DNA of 63,520 nucleotides, filler included, from Diploschistes diacapsis (taxonomy: Eukaryota): the NCBI GenBank assembly GCA_023645945.1. It is 20 parts of 20 records of this genome, joined end to end, with 100 filler letters (N's around TTAATTAATTAA, not from the genome) between each part and the next. Parts side by side here need not be neighbours in the genome. Positions count along the whole stretch, not along the records: positions 8,332 to 32,475 come from JALAIB010000246.1; positions 32,576 to 34,554 come from JALAIB010002460.1; positions 34,655 to 36,633 come from JALAIB010002461.1; 17 more parts are not named here. The stretch is one strand, 5' to 3'. The notes under the pieces are model-generated. The model worked only from the letters and a program-made list of their open reading frames with translations. It did not search any database and was not told the origin of the DNA. The stretch's first letter is position 1; each line of letters starts with the position of its first letter. The position numbers and the translations under genes were made by a program. Positions 23,647 through 35,484 of the stretch are shown here, one piece after another.

Positions 23647-25617
23647 ATGCTTGCAATGAACAAGCACGAGGAACAGGAGCTTGGTCTGCTGGCAGAGCAT
23701 TGCTCTGAAGAGGATGCAGACCTCCTCACCAAACTCGAACCCTCGCAGCGTTTAGCGAGACTTGGTTGGTTGAAGAAGCATCTTAAGGTTATTCTAAGTG
23801 GAACATTTGCCCTCTTAATCGCTATCGCACTCACTTTGGCCCTTGGACAGCGCGATTCTAGCACAGCAGCACTGCTTCATGATACCATCACTTCATCTGA
23901 TTACATTGTTTCAAGGGAATGGGACTACGAGGCCGGACCTGCACGAAGGGAATACACCTGGACCATAACTGATACCACATTCAATCCTGATGGAGTCTAT
24001 AGACCCATGATTGTAATAAACAAGCGGTTTCCTGGCCCCATGATAGAGGTTAATGAAGGTGATACGATTGTTGTACATATTCACAATCAGGCACAGAATG
24101 CTACTTCAATCCACTGGCACGGGCTGTATCAAAATGGTACCAACTGGATGGACGGAACCGTGGGCATTACTCAGTGTTCAATCGCACCTGGAACAAGATT
24201 CGACTATGAGTTCACGGTTCCGAAGCAATATGGTACATACTGGTATCATGCTCATCAAGGAGTCCAGGCCAGCGATGGCCTAGTAGGACCTCTGATTATC
24301 CATTCGCAGGAGGAAAGAGATCTGCAAGAGCTGGAGTATGCGAGCGACCGTGTGGTTATGGTCTCTGACCACTATCACAGCTTGACAAGCCAGCTTCTCA
24401 TGAGTTACCTTGCCTCTGACAACGAGAATGCTGAACCAGTGCCAGATGGAGCTTTGATTAATGGCCGTGCTGTAAAGGACTGCAGCAAGTTTCCTCTGAG
24501 AAAGTGTGACAACACCACGTCGAATATCGGCATCCCAAGATTCAAGCTTGCACCGAATCGGAACCATCGACTTCGCTTTATTAACGTTGGCGCCTTCGCG
24601 GAGTTTCAGATTGCTATCGATGAGCATCAGTTGGCTATCATCGAGGTTGACGGAACTCCTGTCAAACCTTCGTTCTATGATCGCTTTGCCATCAATTCCG
24701 CCCAACGATATAGCATTATTACCAACACAAACGTCACATCCATGAAGACTTTCTGGTTGCGAGCTAAAATGCTTTCAACCTGCTTCACCGATGCGCCGAA
24801 AGATCTTGACTCAGAAGTTTGGGGGGTGATTCAATATGGGGATGAGGCAGAACTCGCAACACAACTGCCGTCCAGTCAGGAACGGGATCCATCTGTTCAG
24901 TCAACATGTCGTGATATGAATACGACAGAGTTGGTGCCTTCCAAGCCCATCAGTGCTCCCGCAAAAGCTGACTCAACCTTCTACCTCCGAGCAAACTTCG
25001 AAATTGGGGCATGGAGATTGAGTCGCGGCGTCTTCAATCAGAGTTCTTGGAGACCAAACTTGAAAAGCCCGACCATTGCTCGTGCAATGGACGGGCTAGT
25101 GGGCAAGAATGCCTCGTTTGATGCCATCGGTAACCGAGCTATCGGGGCTTTCGTCAACGATGTTGCTTTCAACAGCAAACAAGAGCTCGTTGTTCAAACG
25201 TCTGGCGTTCAGGTGCTTGACATCATCATTACAAACTTCGACGATGGAAACCATCCTCTCCATCTCCACGGTTACAAATACTTCGTTCTCGGACAAGGCC
25301 ATGGTTATCCGCCGGCGGATCTGGCCTCTACTGTCGATTTGAGTAATCCTCTAAGGCGTGATACAGCCTCGGTGGAAGCCTATGGCTGGCTACATATTCG
25401 GTTCATCGCGGACAATCCAGGAGCTTGGGCCTTTCATTGCCATATCTCCTGGCATACGGAAGCTGGTCTGTTGATGCAGTTCCTTACCCGCACGGACTTG
25501 CTTTCAAGCATGGATATACCGCGGAAGAATCGAGACTTGTGCAGTGCTCCGCTTAGCGAGCTGCGTAAGGGAGCTGGGCCTGAAGATCGGACATTCTATG
25601 GAAGCATTGGAGCTTAA
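23647..25617 (+). CDS. Multicopper oxidase (ferroxidase/laccase type) with N-terminal membrane anchor, 656 aa, intronless
   Basis: All four Cu-binding motifs: HWHG, WYHAH, HPLHLHG, HCHISWH(x4)L; hydrophobic segment VILSGTFALLIAIALTLAL at about aa 48-66. Confidence 0.96.
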   Translation: MLAMNKHEEQELGLLAEHCSEEDADLLTKLEPSQRLARLGWLKKHLKVILSGTFALLIAIALTLALGQRDSSTAALLHDTITSSDYIVSREWDYEAGPARREYTWTITDTTFNPDGVYRPMIVINKRFPGPMIEVNEGDTIVVHIHNQAQNATSIHWHGLYQNGTNWMDGTVGITQCSIAPGTRFDYEFTVPKQYGTYWYHAHQGVQASDGLVGPLIIHSQEERDLQELEYASDRVVMVSDHYHSLTSQLLMSYLASDNENAEPVPDGALINGRAVKDCSKFPLRKCDNTTSNIGIPRFKLAPNRNHRLRFINVGAFAEFQIAIDEHQLAIIEVDGTPVKPSFYDRFAINSAQRYSIITNTNVTSMKTFWLRAKMLSTCFTDAPKDLDSEVWGVIQYGDEAELATQLPSSQERDPSVQSTCRDMNTTELVPSKPISAPAKADSTFYLRANFEIGAWRLSRGVFNQSSWRPNLKSPTIARAMDGLVGKNASFDAIGNRAIGAFVNDVAFNSKQELVVQTSGVQVLDIIITNFDDGNHPLHLHGYKYFVLGQGHGYPPADLASTVDLSNPLRRDTASVEAYGWLHIRFIADNPGAWAFHCHISWHTEAGLLMQFLTRTDLLSSMDIPRKNRDLCSAPLSELRKGAGPEDRTFYGSIGA

Positions 25618-26183
25618 TTAGGTATACGGAGATGCGGATTGTATATATACATTATGAACATAACATTGCCAGCATTGTCTAAGCTGTACGCTCAATCCAC
25701 GTCCCCAACTAACAAAGGACAACTAACAAAGGACAATAATTGCGTTTGGTTTAATTACATATATAAGTTTCAATACAACACTGACACCAATTTGAAGCGT
25801 AATGGGTACCGCCGGATCAAGGCCGTGCCCCGCCCCGTTGCCACCCTCCTACTTCAATGCTGATCAACTGCCGCAACGATCTTCTTGCTCCGAAGTTCTT
25901 AGCCTTCACCACTTGCATGCTTTGCAATCAGCATGGCCTGATTCGTTCTCCATTCAGAAGCACATCGTGTGCACCTGCGGGACTTGCCTATCTCCTCGGA
26001 GGGGCTCAGACCGGTTGGACTGCAAGGGTTAGCTTCGGTGGGATGTCTGAACTCCTAGAAATCGATTGCCCTGTTCTTTAGACGACGATTGCTCAAATGG
26101 AACCTTCTGTGCTCTTTGAAGGCTTCTGCTATGCTTCCATCTGCCCTGCATCGTGAATGAGGGAGGTACGAAGGCATGACGAG

Positions 26184-27302
26184 ATGGCACTGCTCTGGTT
26201 CAAGAACTCTCTCTTTTCGAAAGATAGATCCGCATCGCACGAAATACAATATAGCAAGATTGATCCATCGCACGCTTTTGGTGGGCAAGATATCTTCCTG
26301 TTTAGCTAAAAACACCGCTTAAAAATTAGTGCAGATGTTGAGCAAGCGGGCTCATCATCCTCAACCCGAAGATCCTTAGATCACCGTGTTGTCGAAGAGA
26401 AGACTGATTCGGAAAAACCCAAGGCCTCCGCAGTCCCCTGTCTCCCGTCTCCACGTCTACTTTCGGACTTCACGATCGGTCTCTCGGATGGCCTCACTGT
26501 TCCCTTTGCCCTCACGGCTGGCCTTTCGGCCCTAGGCGACTCAAGAGTGGTCGTATTTGGGGGCTTGGCTGAGCTTGTTGCGGGTTCAATCAGCATGGGC
26601 ATAGCTGGATATCTGGGCGCCAAAGGTGAGAGGTATGTTGAGCAGTCGATAAAGGACTGTGGTAGCATATTGTAGACCCCCTGGCGCTCTTCCAAACCCT
26701 TGAAGGAAACATTATTCAGGTGGAGTTGGTCGTCTTTTGGTGCTTCCAAGGATGCGCATATCAATTTGTTAAGGAACTTTGTATGGACATTATCGGACTA
26801 ATAGGTTTGCAGAGATGCACAGCGAGCCATATCCTTAAATACTCAGGCAATGCTCCGCAAGGAACCTCAACAAGCTCTTGAACATGTGCGTTCCAAATTC
26901 CAAGTTTTCCGGCTCCCGGATCCGCTCCTCGACGCAATAGCCAACCACTATTCGTCAGTGCCCGAACAGCAACTCTTATCTTGCTTGCTTCACTTCGAAG
27001 GCGCCGACGAGATCTCGATGCAGCAACATCACCCATATCTGTCTGGGTTCGCAATTTCATCTGCATACTTCTTTGGTGGATTCATACCTCTACTGCCATA
27101 CATTTTCGCGTCGACCGTACAAATGGCTTTCTATTTCAGCACCGCCATCACCGCTATTGTACTCTTCGCGTTTGGATCCATTAAGACTGTTATTGTTGGC
27201 ACTGAAGGCCCTATCAAGTGCTTGAAAGGAGGCTTTGAGATGCTGATGCTGGGTGGCGTGGCCGCTGCGGCTGCCGTACTATGCATTTGGATCCTCAAAT
27301 GA
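26184..27302 (+). CDS. VIT1/CCC1-family vacuolar Fe/Mn transporter (exons 26184-26280, 26335-26632, 26813-27302)
   Basis: Spliced reading MALLWFKN...DFTIGLSDGLTVPFALTAGLSALG...GGLAELVAGSISMGIAGYLGAKGE...SAYFFGGFIPLLPY...LFAFGSIKT; both introns are GT-AG with branch sites and keep frame. The ORF track missed exons 1-2. Confidence 0.93.
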
Positions 27303-28479
27303 TATTTTTTGTGGGGTACAGCTTGTTCAGGCTGGTGGCGGCCTGGCATCTCAGGGTGGCGAATCATGGTTTTCCACTTCAACCCACAGCGAACATATCT
27401 CGATCGTAAATTCTGAGCTAGACCAAGAACAAGACTTGTTGTCGACTCTGCTCTGCTGCTGCAAGGTTCCACTAAATAGGGCTCTATTGCTCAGTGCTTT
27501 TCGGCTATTAAGGACGTGTTTTGTCGGCGGCGACACTACGACAAGAGATATGCGCATACTTTGGCGGCCAAGCTCCACGAACAAAACTCCCCTTGCCACT
27601 CCGATAAAGCTTATCAGGCCGCATCCGCAATGAGGTTCGTTGTTACGGGCTCCTCATGACTGCCGACGAAGAGCAAAAGCGTGCGACAGCCAGCTCCAAG
27701 TTGTTGTCACGGTGGGAGAAGCTAAACTTTTAGGATCAGGGAGGGATCAAGCATTCCGATAATGCAGTCCTATGCAATCCGTCGATTCTTGTAGAACACA
27801 TCACTGTTATAATTCGAACAACAGACTGGGGTCATTGGGCGCTCAGAATGTTATCCTACCTTGCGGGAACTGCCATAGCTGTCTTCACAGTCATGAGCTA
27901 AGGCTGGTATGCGACCAGGCCACAGTGTGTCATTACCGCCGTTATGCCAAGATGTGAGAGCTTGTTAGGAAGTACCTTCACTCAGACCCGCGCCCAAACC
28001 TTTCTCATTTCAGGAATGCCTTGTACAGCGCGCTGCCTTGATAAGAGGCTAATGTATCGTGCGTCTGGATAACGGGTCGAGGAAGGCGGGCATGAATGCG
28101 GATGAATCCTTCAGCGGATTCGGTTCGAAGCAGAACGATTGGTTTGTCAAATAAGCATGCAACAAGGACATCGCAAAAACCTTCTTCATTTTAACGGATG
28201 CCCCCCTCTGTTGATATCCATTTCGCGCGGACAAGTAGGATAAGTAAATTGTGCGGCCCTGCCGATCATTGACATGGTGCTTTGCTTCAGCGGTAGTCTC
28301 TCACATCCACCTCGCTCGGAGGCCTGAAGTCATATCATGGCCAAACCTGTCCGAATCGTGGGTGTTGATCTCATCATCGATACCTAGAGATTCGATGGAT
28401 TCTTCAGCGGTTTTTCGGTTGGAGCGCCAAGAAAGCAAGGGAACAACAGTAAGACCGCCCACTACTGTCCATATTTGGA

Positions 28480-28686
28480 CGATTTAATATTCGATTAACC
28501 GGCGATTAATCGGACCGACTATTCATATAATACTTATGCAATATTTATGCAAAGATTCTAAAAAAGTTTTCTCGGGATCTTTGATAGATAAATTATTCGG
28601 CCCGACTAATCACCGATCAATCGATTTATATTCAATTAATAATCGATTAACGAAAGTGATTAATGGTTGACCGATCAAAGCCCGTA
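28480..28686. repeat. Small AT-rich inverted-repeat relic (probable RIP-mutated MITE fragment)
   Basis: Arms 28491-28523 and 28591-28624 are reverse complements differing mostly by transitions; TCGA/TA-rich island in otherwise ~50% GC DNA. Confidence 0.55.
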
Positions 28687-29262
28687 CCAACACGGCGATG
28701 CGGCTCCCGCTGCTGTCTATCGGCTTCTGTGGTGGATGGACCGCATCTCCACGATATCTCTTTCCCCATTATTCGCCTTTGTTTCTACGATATAGAGAAG
28801 CCGTTGAGGGCTCCTATATCTAGGGAATGCCCCAGCGAACAGAACAAGATGTGTAGAAATCCCACGAGAAGGTTGTGCCTACCGTGCAGTCCAGACGGGA
28901 TATTGAAAGGGCTGCCATGGTCTTCAAGATCACACTAGTTCTGCTTACGTATTTGCTCAAGCAGGAGACCTTCGGAGAAGTGTGGTAACCTAAAATGTCC
29001 ACTAACCAGCGCGGTAGGTTCGTATTAATCAATGAATCCCGTGATCTGCTGACGACTAAATATCGAAGAAGAAGGCAGAGACCGAGGACGAGGTACGCCA
29101 AGGTACCAGAAAAGATAGAAAGAAGAATCCTGCGGATCTTGCTCCCCTCGAAACCCCGAGGCTGTTAAACCCTTGGAAATTGATCCCAATGTATGTTCAT
29201 AGAGCACCTCGATTTTGTTTCTGCAGGAAGCATGGCTCTCAACGACATCAAACACTTGATCA

Positions 29263-30668
29263 ATGTTTAAGATGCAGTCCGCTCCACTCCAGGCTGGGCT
29301 GTCGGGGGTCCTTGTGAGGACTCTAGCTTGCAGTGCTGTGGTTCTGGTGCTCGTTTGCCTGCTTTTCTTGCAACGTCCGAGCAAAAAGACCATTACTGAG
29401 AGCCTGAGCTGGCGCCCCAAGAATCAATCGCAGGTTATCACTTCGTCTAATGCCAACAACCTGGCAGACTGGGAGAAGCCCGCCGATCTCAAGGTGATAG
29501 GGTTGGTATTCTACGGAAGACGACGGTTTGTTGAGATTCTAGAATGCTACCTCCATGTAAGGCTTAGCGCTCGAACGTTGGCTGGAAAACTCATTGTAAT
29601 GCAGAAAAATCTTGTCGATAACGGCGGCATCCTGGACGAAGTTGTTATCCAGGCCAAGACCGATGATGCCGATGACCTCAAGTATTTGGAAAAATTGCTC
29701 GCGACAAACCCGAGGTTTCGCGCCGAATATCCGCCACAAAGGGGCATGAATTTTAGTGGCATGTATGCGCCGTGCGTTGAAGGGACGATATGTGTGAAGA
29801 TTGACGATGATGTTGTGAGTTAATTCTGCTTCGAAGAGTCCTTCTGGACCATCGGCGGCAATCACCTAGGCCTAACTGTGCGGGCTAAGCTAACACTTAC
29901 AGCTTTTCATTGGGGACAACACCATTCGTTCTATGGTCAAAAAGAAGGTAGAGAACCCTCAATTTCTGGCGGTATCAGCAAATCTGGTGGGAAACTTCGG
30001 CACCACTTGGCTACACCACCATCTGGGCGCCATCTATCCTTATCTCCCAGAACCGGAACCCTCGAAGCAGACAACACAAGGTTGGGAGGTTTCTAATCTT
30101 CCAGAATGGAGGGGATCAGGCGACTGGAACTACAAAACCTTCGAACCCGTCCCGGGCCACAGATGGCTGCCACTCGCCGAGGAGCGCTCTATCCGTCCTA
30201 AGATGCCGATCGACGAGGTGGAATACACAGGCTTCGGACGCACCGAATGGAATTCGTGGCAGTTCGCCGCGCAGCTCCACTACTCTTTTCTTGAGAATCT
30301 CGAACATCACGAACTATGGAGGTACGACTTTGGCACATGGGACCTCATGTATCAGCGCATAGGCATCAACATGTTTGCAATAACAGGCCACGATATCTTG
30401 AAAATAGGTACAATGCCTGCTGATGACGAGAAATTTCTTACCATGGAGTACCCAGAGAAGATTGGTAGACGTAAGGCTTCCAGCCCCTGTGGAATCGCAA
30501 ACCGCTGACAACAGTGCTAAAGCATTTGTTATTGATGGTAGTGGGATGGCCGTTCACCATGGTCACATGTGGATGACCAAGCAGAGCGACACAGATCTCC
30601 GCCTCGAAGGCACGGACTTGCTGCAAAGATACAAACTCTACGCCAAGCAAATGGTCTGTGGCAGGTGA
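29263..30668 (+). CDS. Conserved hypothetical type II membrane protein, glycosyltransferase-like (DxD); introns ~29557-29604, 29815-29902, 30471-30522
   Basis: N-terminal TM; GLVFYGRRRFVEILECYL, NGGILDEV, VKIDDDV|LFI, VSANLV, RIGINM, TDLLQRYKLYA blocks join in frame after splicing (the last intron needs an AAG acceptor). Confidence 0.8.
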
Positions 30669-31383
30669 GTAACATATACTAGGGACTAGAGGTGTACTCT
30701 GGCTCCATTGCACACTGCTTCATGCATTGAATAGGGCTTGATTTTTCAACGCGTCCTCGCATCCATTTTGCGATACCGGCAACAGCTTGGGCGAGCTGTG
30801 TTGCCCTTGAGCATCTGACAAAGAAGGCGTCTTCGTTCGCGACGCCTGGCTGTATTGATAACGATTCCAGATAACGGGACTTGGGGTTCAGGGGTATTGA
30901 AAGTGACGGCAGCAAGAAGTGTAGAGTGGTATTGGGAAAGAGCAACTCAGCTTGAAGAAGTAGACAAGTCGTCCTTCGAGAAGCAATTTTCTATTTAAGT
31001 TTCCCAACGGTCTCACTTTACATCATTACATATCCCTACAATCCTCACTGTTTACATCGGGGCCTTGGCATTCTGTTCAATCGGGTGCCCCTTCAACAGC
31101 GATACAGAAGTGCGATGCCTGTATCGAGTCGGTATGCTCGGATGACTTGCTCTTTGGCCCTCTCCAAAGCCAATCCGCTATGACGGACCTCGAGGATTCC
31201 ACGGCACTTTCGTCAGCGATACCCCTCACTCCGAACCATCGGTCTTGGAAACTGAAGAGAGGATGGCTCGGGTGACGAAGACCCAGCTCAGCACCGGATA
31301 CACGTCCGGAGATATCACGGACCCCGCCCTGTCCCTAGCAACGAAATGGTGGAGTTAGTATTGCCTGTTATCGAGATCGATTA

Positions 31384-32158
31384 GATCAACATTGGGCGGA
31401 AAGAGATTTCCTTCAATATACACAAGGACGTGTTGTGCCGATATTCGCCCTTTTCAACCGAGTTTAGGATAGTGATGCGAACGGCGCACACGCGAGGAAA
31501 TGAATATGGCCGCAATTAAACCCCTCTGTGGTGGTCCAGACCAGAAAGTGCTGCCAGGTCGGGAATTGATGTATTTCGAAGAGGTCCTAAAGGCTATTGC
31601 CCTTCTTCATCCCATCAGCTGCACAATGGTCAGAGCACATCAAGGCTCTCGAAGAGCGTGAAACCTCTTCCGCTAGGCACTCGAAGACACGCATGGCGTC
31701 AGAGGTCTTGGTCTCGCATCGCTTCGCTGTGCCGCAGCTCCTCTTGGACACCATTTTTCGCTGCGTGGGAGTTCTCGTCTTTCGAAAAGCTGGTCTCGTG
31801 GCTCTACACCCAGCAAATTGGTCGCGAAGTCCCCGGTAAAGAAGATCTTGCAGCTCAGGGCCTGCTGGTCCTCTACCGCTAAGCACGAGATTGGGAAATA
31901 CCCTAAACTCGGGCACGAATGCTACGAGCGCATCCTCGAAAAGTGCAAGACGGAATTCTTCTTTCCCAACCCGCACTATATACCGAGCATATTCGGCCCA
32001 CGACTCCAAGCTCCCAGAACTCATCGCCGTCGTTGCTGCCAACATCCTCTATACGGACAGGTGGGACAAGGCTAGGGGCTAGATGCGTCGAAATCTTGGA
32101 CAGGAACCCGGACTTCGCCAAGCTCGTGGGCGAGAAAACTCCTCGAAGCCCATCGTAA
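31384..32158 (+). pseudogene. BTB/POZ-domain gene with several frameshifts and stops
   Basis: INIGRKEISFNIHKDVLCRYSPF and FEKLVSWLYTQQI are BTB-like; downstream blocks (HECYERILEKC..., DSKLPELIAVVAANIL, EILDRNPDFAKLV) sit in different frames without obvious introns. Confidence 0.62.
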
Positions 32159-32575
32159 GGGCCGGCACTGCGATGGCCCCGAGCGCTTGAGGCCCGAGAA
32201 ATGCGTGGACAAGACGCACAGGGTTGAGGATGTCCCGGGTCTGGACGATGTTAGTATGGTGGATACCGAGGATCCGATGTCCGCTTCTGGCGAGGAGGGT
32301 GGAGACGGGGAGGGGGATGGGGACGAAGATGGGCAGATTTTTAGGTTTGAAGTGGAGAGCAGTCTCGGCGGCAGCGATCTGGGGCGGGAGGATAGTAGTG
32401 ATGAGGAGGACGGGCGGCGGCGAGGAAGGTAGTGAGGAGGAAGCCGAAGGGGAGGGTGAAACTATCTTTTAACGCNNNNNNNNNNNNNNNNNNNNNNNNN
32501 NNNNNNNNNNNNNNNNNNNTTAATTAATTAANNNNNNNNNNNNNNNNNNNNNNNNNNNNNNNNNNNNNNNNNNNN

Positions 32576-33865
32576 ATATATAAGAATACCGGGTATAAAG
32601 ATCAGGATATTTTAAAAAATTAAAGAATAATACATACTAAAAATTACTACTAGGAGAGACATTGAGGTACCTAAAGAAGATATTAATATCCTAAAAGAAA
32701 GAGCCGTAGTAACCGCGTCTGCCGCACCTCCTACTATTATACCTAGAAGGCAAGCACGAAGACCTACAGATGCACGTCAGGACGAAGCACGCGATACTAG
32801 AACAATTCTATCATCCTAAGATGTAATACTACGAGAAATACGACGCAGACGTAACATAATCGCGGATTTAGTACGATTAAGGCCAGAAATAACAGATACG
32901 AAGGATATATTAGCTATAATAAAGATTATTATAAAAGAAACGTACGATCGGAAATATAAAGTTTATTTCATACGCGAAAAGGATTTTGCGATGTTACGAC
33001 TACATAAGACATACAAGATACCCGTGGTCCTAAACAAGAAACTTTCACCGTAATTTGCTAATTTCTTTAAAGTTTTAGAACGAGTGGGTAAACTCGCTTA
33101 CAGATTAGAACTCCTCTAATATTATAAAATACACGATGTCATTAATATAACATATTTAAAACCTATTTTAGACCCCGCCGGCGACCCCTATTACCGCCGA
33201 TCCTTACCTTTACCCTTTATAACGGTCGATTTAGAGGAAGAATATTATGAAATAGATAAACTATTAGCTAAAAGGAGATTTAAAAAAAGTAAAGAATAAA
33301 AAACCGAGTATTTAATACGTTAAATAAGTTATAATGCTAGCGAGGACATATAGATATCGGATAAAAAATTATTACGATATGTTAGCGATATTGTTACCGA
33401 TTACGAAAAGAAATACGAAAAGCTTAGAAAGGTTGGACAGAATTAGGAATAGGATATAAATAAAGACATCGAAAATAAATATAAAGATTTTAATTTCTTA
33501 AAAGAATCAAAATTGTTTTACTTTTTAAAAGTTTTTAATAAGTTTTTGCTGAAGGTTTCGTTTCCGAGATAAATACTTAAAAGAAGGATTGTTTAAGATT
33601 GTTATTTACGAAGATATAAGCTAGTTATATGCTTATGTGGGCATAAGTTTTTAATGAACGGGGAGATTATGGTAATCGTTGAACTAGCTGGTGGATTGCT
33701 TGGGATTGTTGCTAGGGCAGGTAGTGCCGACCTCGCTGCCGAGGTATCATCTATAACGATAATGCTTGGCATCTACTGTATATAAGTAGATTTTGCTCCA
33801 GATTAGCTACAAATGGACACTCACTTCTCTCACTAAGTTTCTTTGCCAATTAGTCCGAGTTACTA
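32576..33865 (+). mobile_element. RIP-degraded Gypsy chromovirus 3' end (integrase C-terminus, chromodomain, PPT, ~196-bp LTR family D 33670-33865)
   Basis: VLERVGKLAYRLEL, YKIHDVI; YEIDKLLAKRR...EYLIR chromodomain; GGGGAGA PPT then TGGTAA...TTACTA with internal TATATAAG. Confidence 0.8.
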
Positions 33866-34554
33866 TTAAGAAGGATTATAAAACCGTAACAGCTTCAACC
33901 GATATAATAACGTTTTCTATTATATCTATTATAATAACTTCTTTTGAATTAGTATCCATCAACGAGATCTTTTTATAAAAAATGATCGCTAAGTTCAATT
34001 AATTTATTATATACTTCTCCATCATATTCACCTCTAAACCGCCATTAAATAATACACGAATCCGATAATTCTCGATCGTAATTACCGCTTCCGGACAAGC
34101 AACCGAATATATGATATCTTACAGTTATAAATTTATTATATCGGTTAACTATTTCGAATTAACATTATATCTATTAATCTGTCTAACGGATAAGTTATGC
34201 GTAAAATAAATAGATTTCTTCAGTTCTAGATCCTTTGCGCGAGCATTTTTTTCGACCGTATAATTCTTTAATTCTTCTTAAAGCAAACGTATGATTCCTA
34301 TCTAAAAGGTTTCTTTTAAAATAATTTTGATTTTAGTTTTCCTAGTAATCTTAAGAGCTCATTCTTTTAGCAGATTAATAACTGTTTTTTTTAAGATTCT
34401 TAACTTTCGGACGACGGGAACGCGAAGACGATTTATTAAAATCCTTCCCGGTATATTTCCGTTAAATAGAACTATTTATACTTCTCGACCTATTTTTTTA
34501 GATTCTTTAACATCTTTTATAATAATCTTCTATATATCCGGCTCTCGTCTTTCC
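33866..34554 (-). mobile_element. RIP-degraded Gypsy gag-protease fragment
   Basis: Minus strand ISYSVACPEAVITIENYRIRVLFNGGLEVNMM (aspartic protease-like); homologous to 40886-41400. Confidence 0.7.
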
Positions 34555-34654
34555 NNNNNNNNNNNNNNNNNNNNNNNNNNNNNNNNNNNNNNNNNNNNTT
34601 AATTAATTAANNNNNNNNNNNNNNNNNNNNNNNNNNNNNNNNNNNNNNNNNNNN

Positions 34655-35284
34655 ATAATATACCGTCTATTAAAAGAAAGGCATTATATCTCTTATAAAA
34701 CAAGAAATGAGGGTATAAGAATTAAAATAATAATTTAATTATTTTATAAATATATATAAAAATATCACGGCCTATTTTTGATTATTATATCCGATAAAGG
34801 AACCTAGTTCGTTAGTTAGTTATAATAATACTTATACGAGATATTATATATCCGTTTTAAGCTATCGACGGTATTTTATTTTTAGACGGACGGATAGATC
34901 GAAAATATTAATAAAAAAATAGAACGGTATTTACGAACTTTCGTCAATTGCTCGTAAAAGGATTGGGAACGATTGTTATTTATAGTAAAGTTTGTTATTA
35001 ACGCGGCCGAAAATGAATCGATAAAGTGTTTTTTATTTTCGTTATTAGGGGGTGCGAACCCCGGATATCTTTCGATATCGATAGGATAGCGAAATAGAAA
35101 ATTACTGCCTGCGAGAAAATAAATAACCGAAATGTTAATGCCATCGCCGAAATTATATAAGACACTTAAAACTTCGCGAAAAGCCATATAGTCCTAATAT
35201 AATAAAAATAAAAGCGATACGCGGACGAGTATCGGCGCCTGGTTAAAAAGATTAACCTCGATAATTCAATTTAATTAAACATAC
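34655..35284 (+). mobile_element. Gypsy integrase fragment (same family as 6252-6700)
   Basis: Aligns by eye with 6252-6700, differing by transitions; interrupted at 35285 by TGTAAGACC (another LTR-like start). Confidence 0.8.
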
Positions 35285-35484
35285 TGTAAGACCAAGCAAG
35301 GAGCATGCCAAGAGTCGGACAAGCGACACTCAGGGTCTTGGCTTGCGGGTACTTGAAGGGAGATTTTACCCTTCTTACTTTCTCTTTTTCTTTAATAATT
35401 AGTCCTAGGATGAACTTACCCTACGTATAGTTCTCTTAAATCACGGTATATTTATTTTTATAAACATCTTTAACGATTGCTTAA

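Noticed and set aside
26381..27066. Minus-strand ORFs 26381-26764 and 26761-27066
   Set aside because: Antisense to the VIT1/CCC1 exons, which have clear family motifs on the plus strand.
8332..32475. Starship or other giant mobile element carrying the metal genes
   Set aside because: No DUF3435 tyrosine-recombinase captain or element boundaries visible; flanking TEs are on separate contigs.
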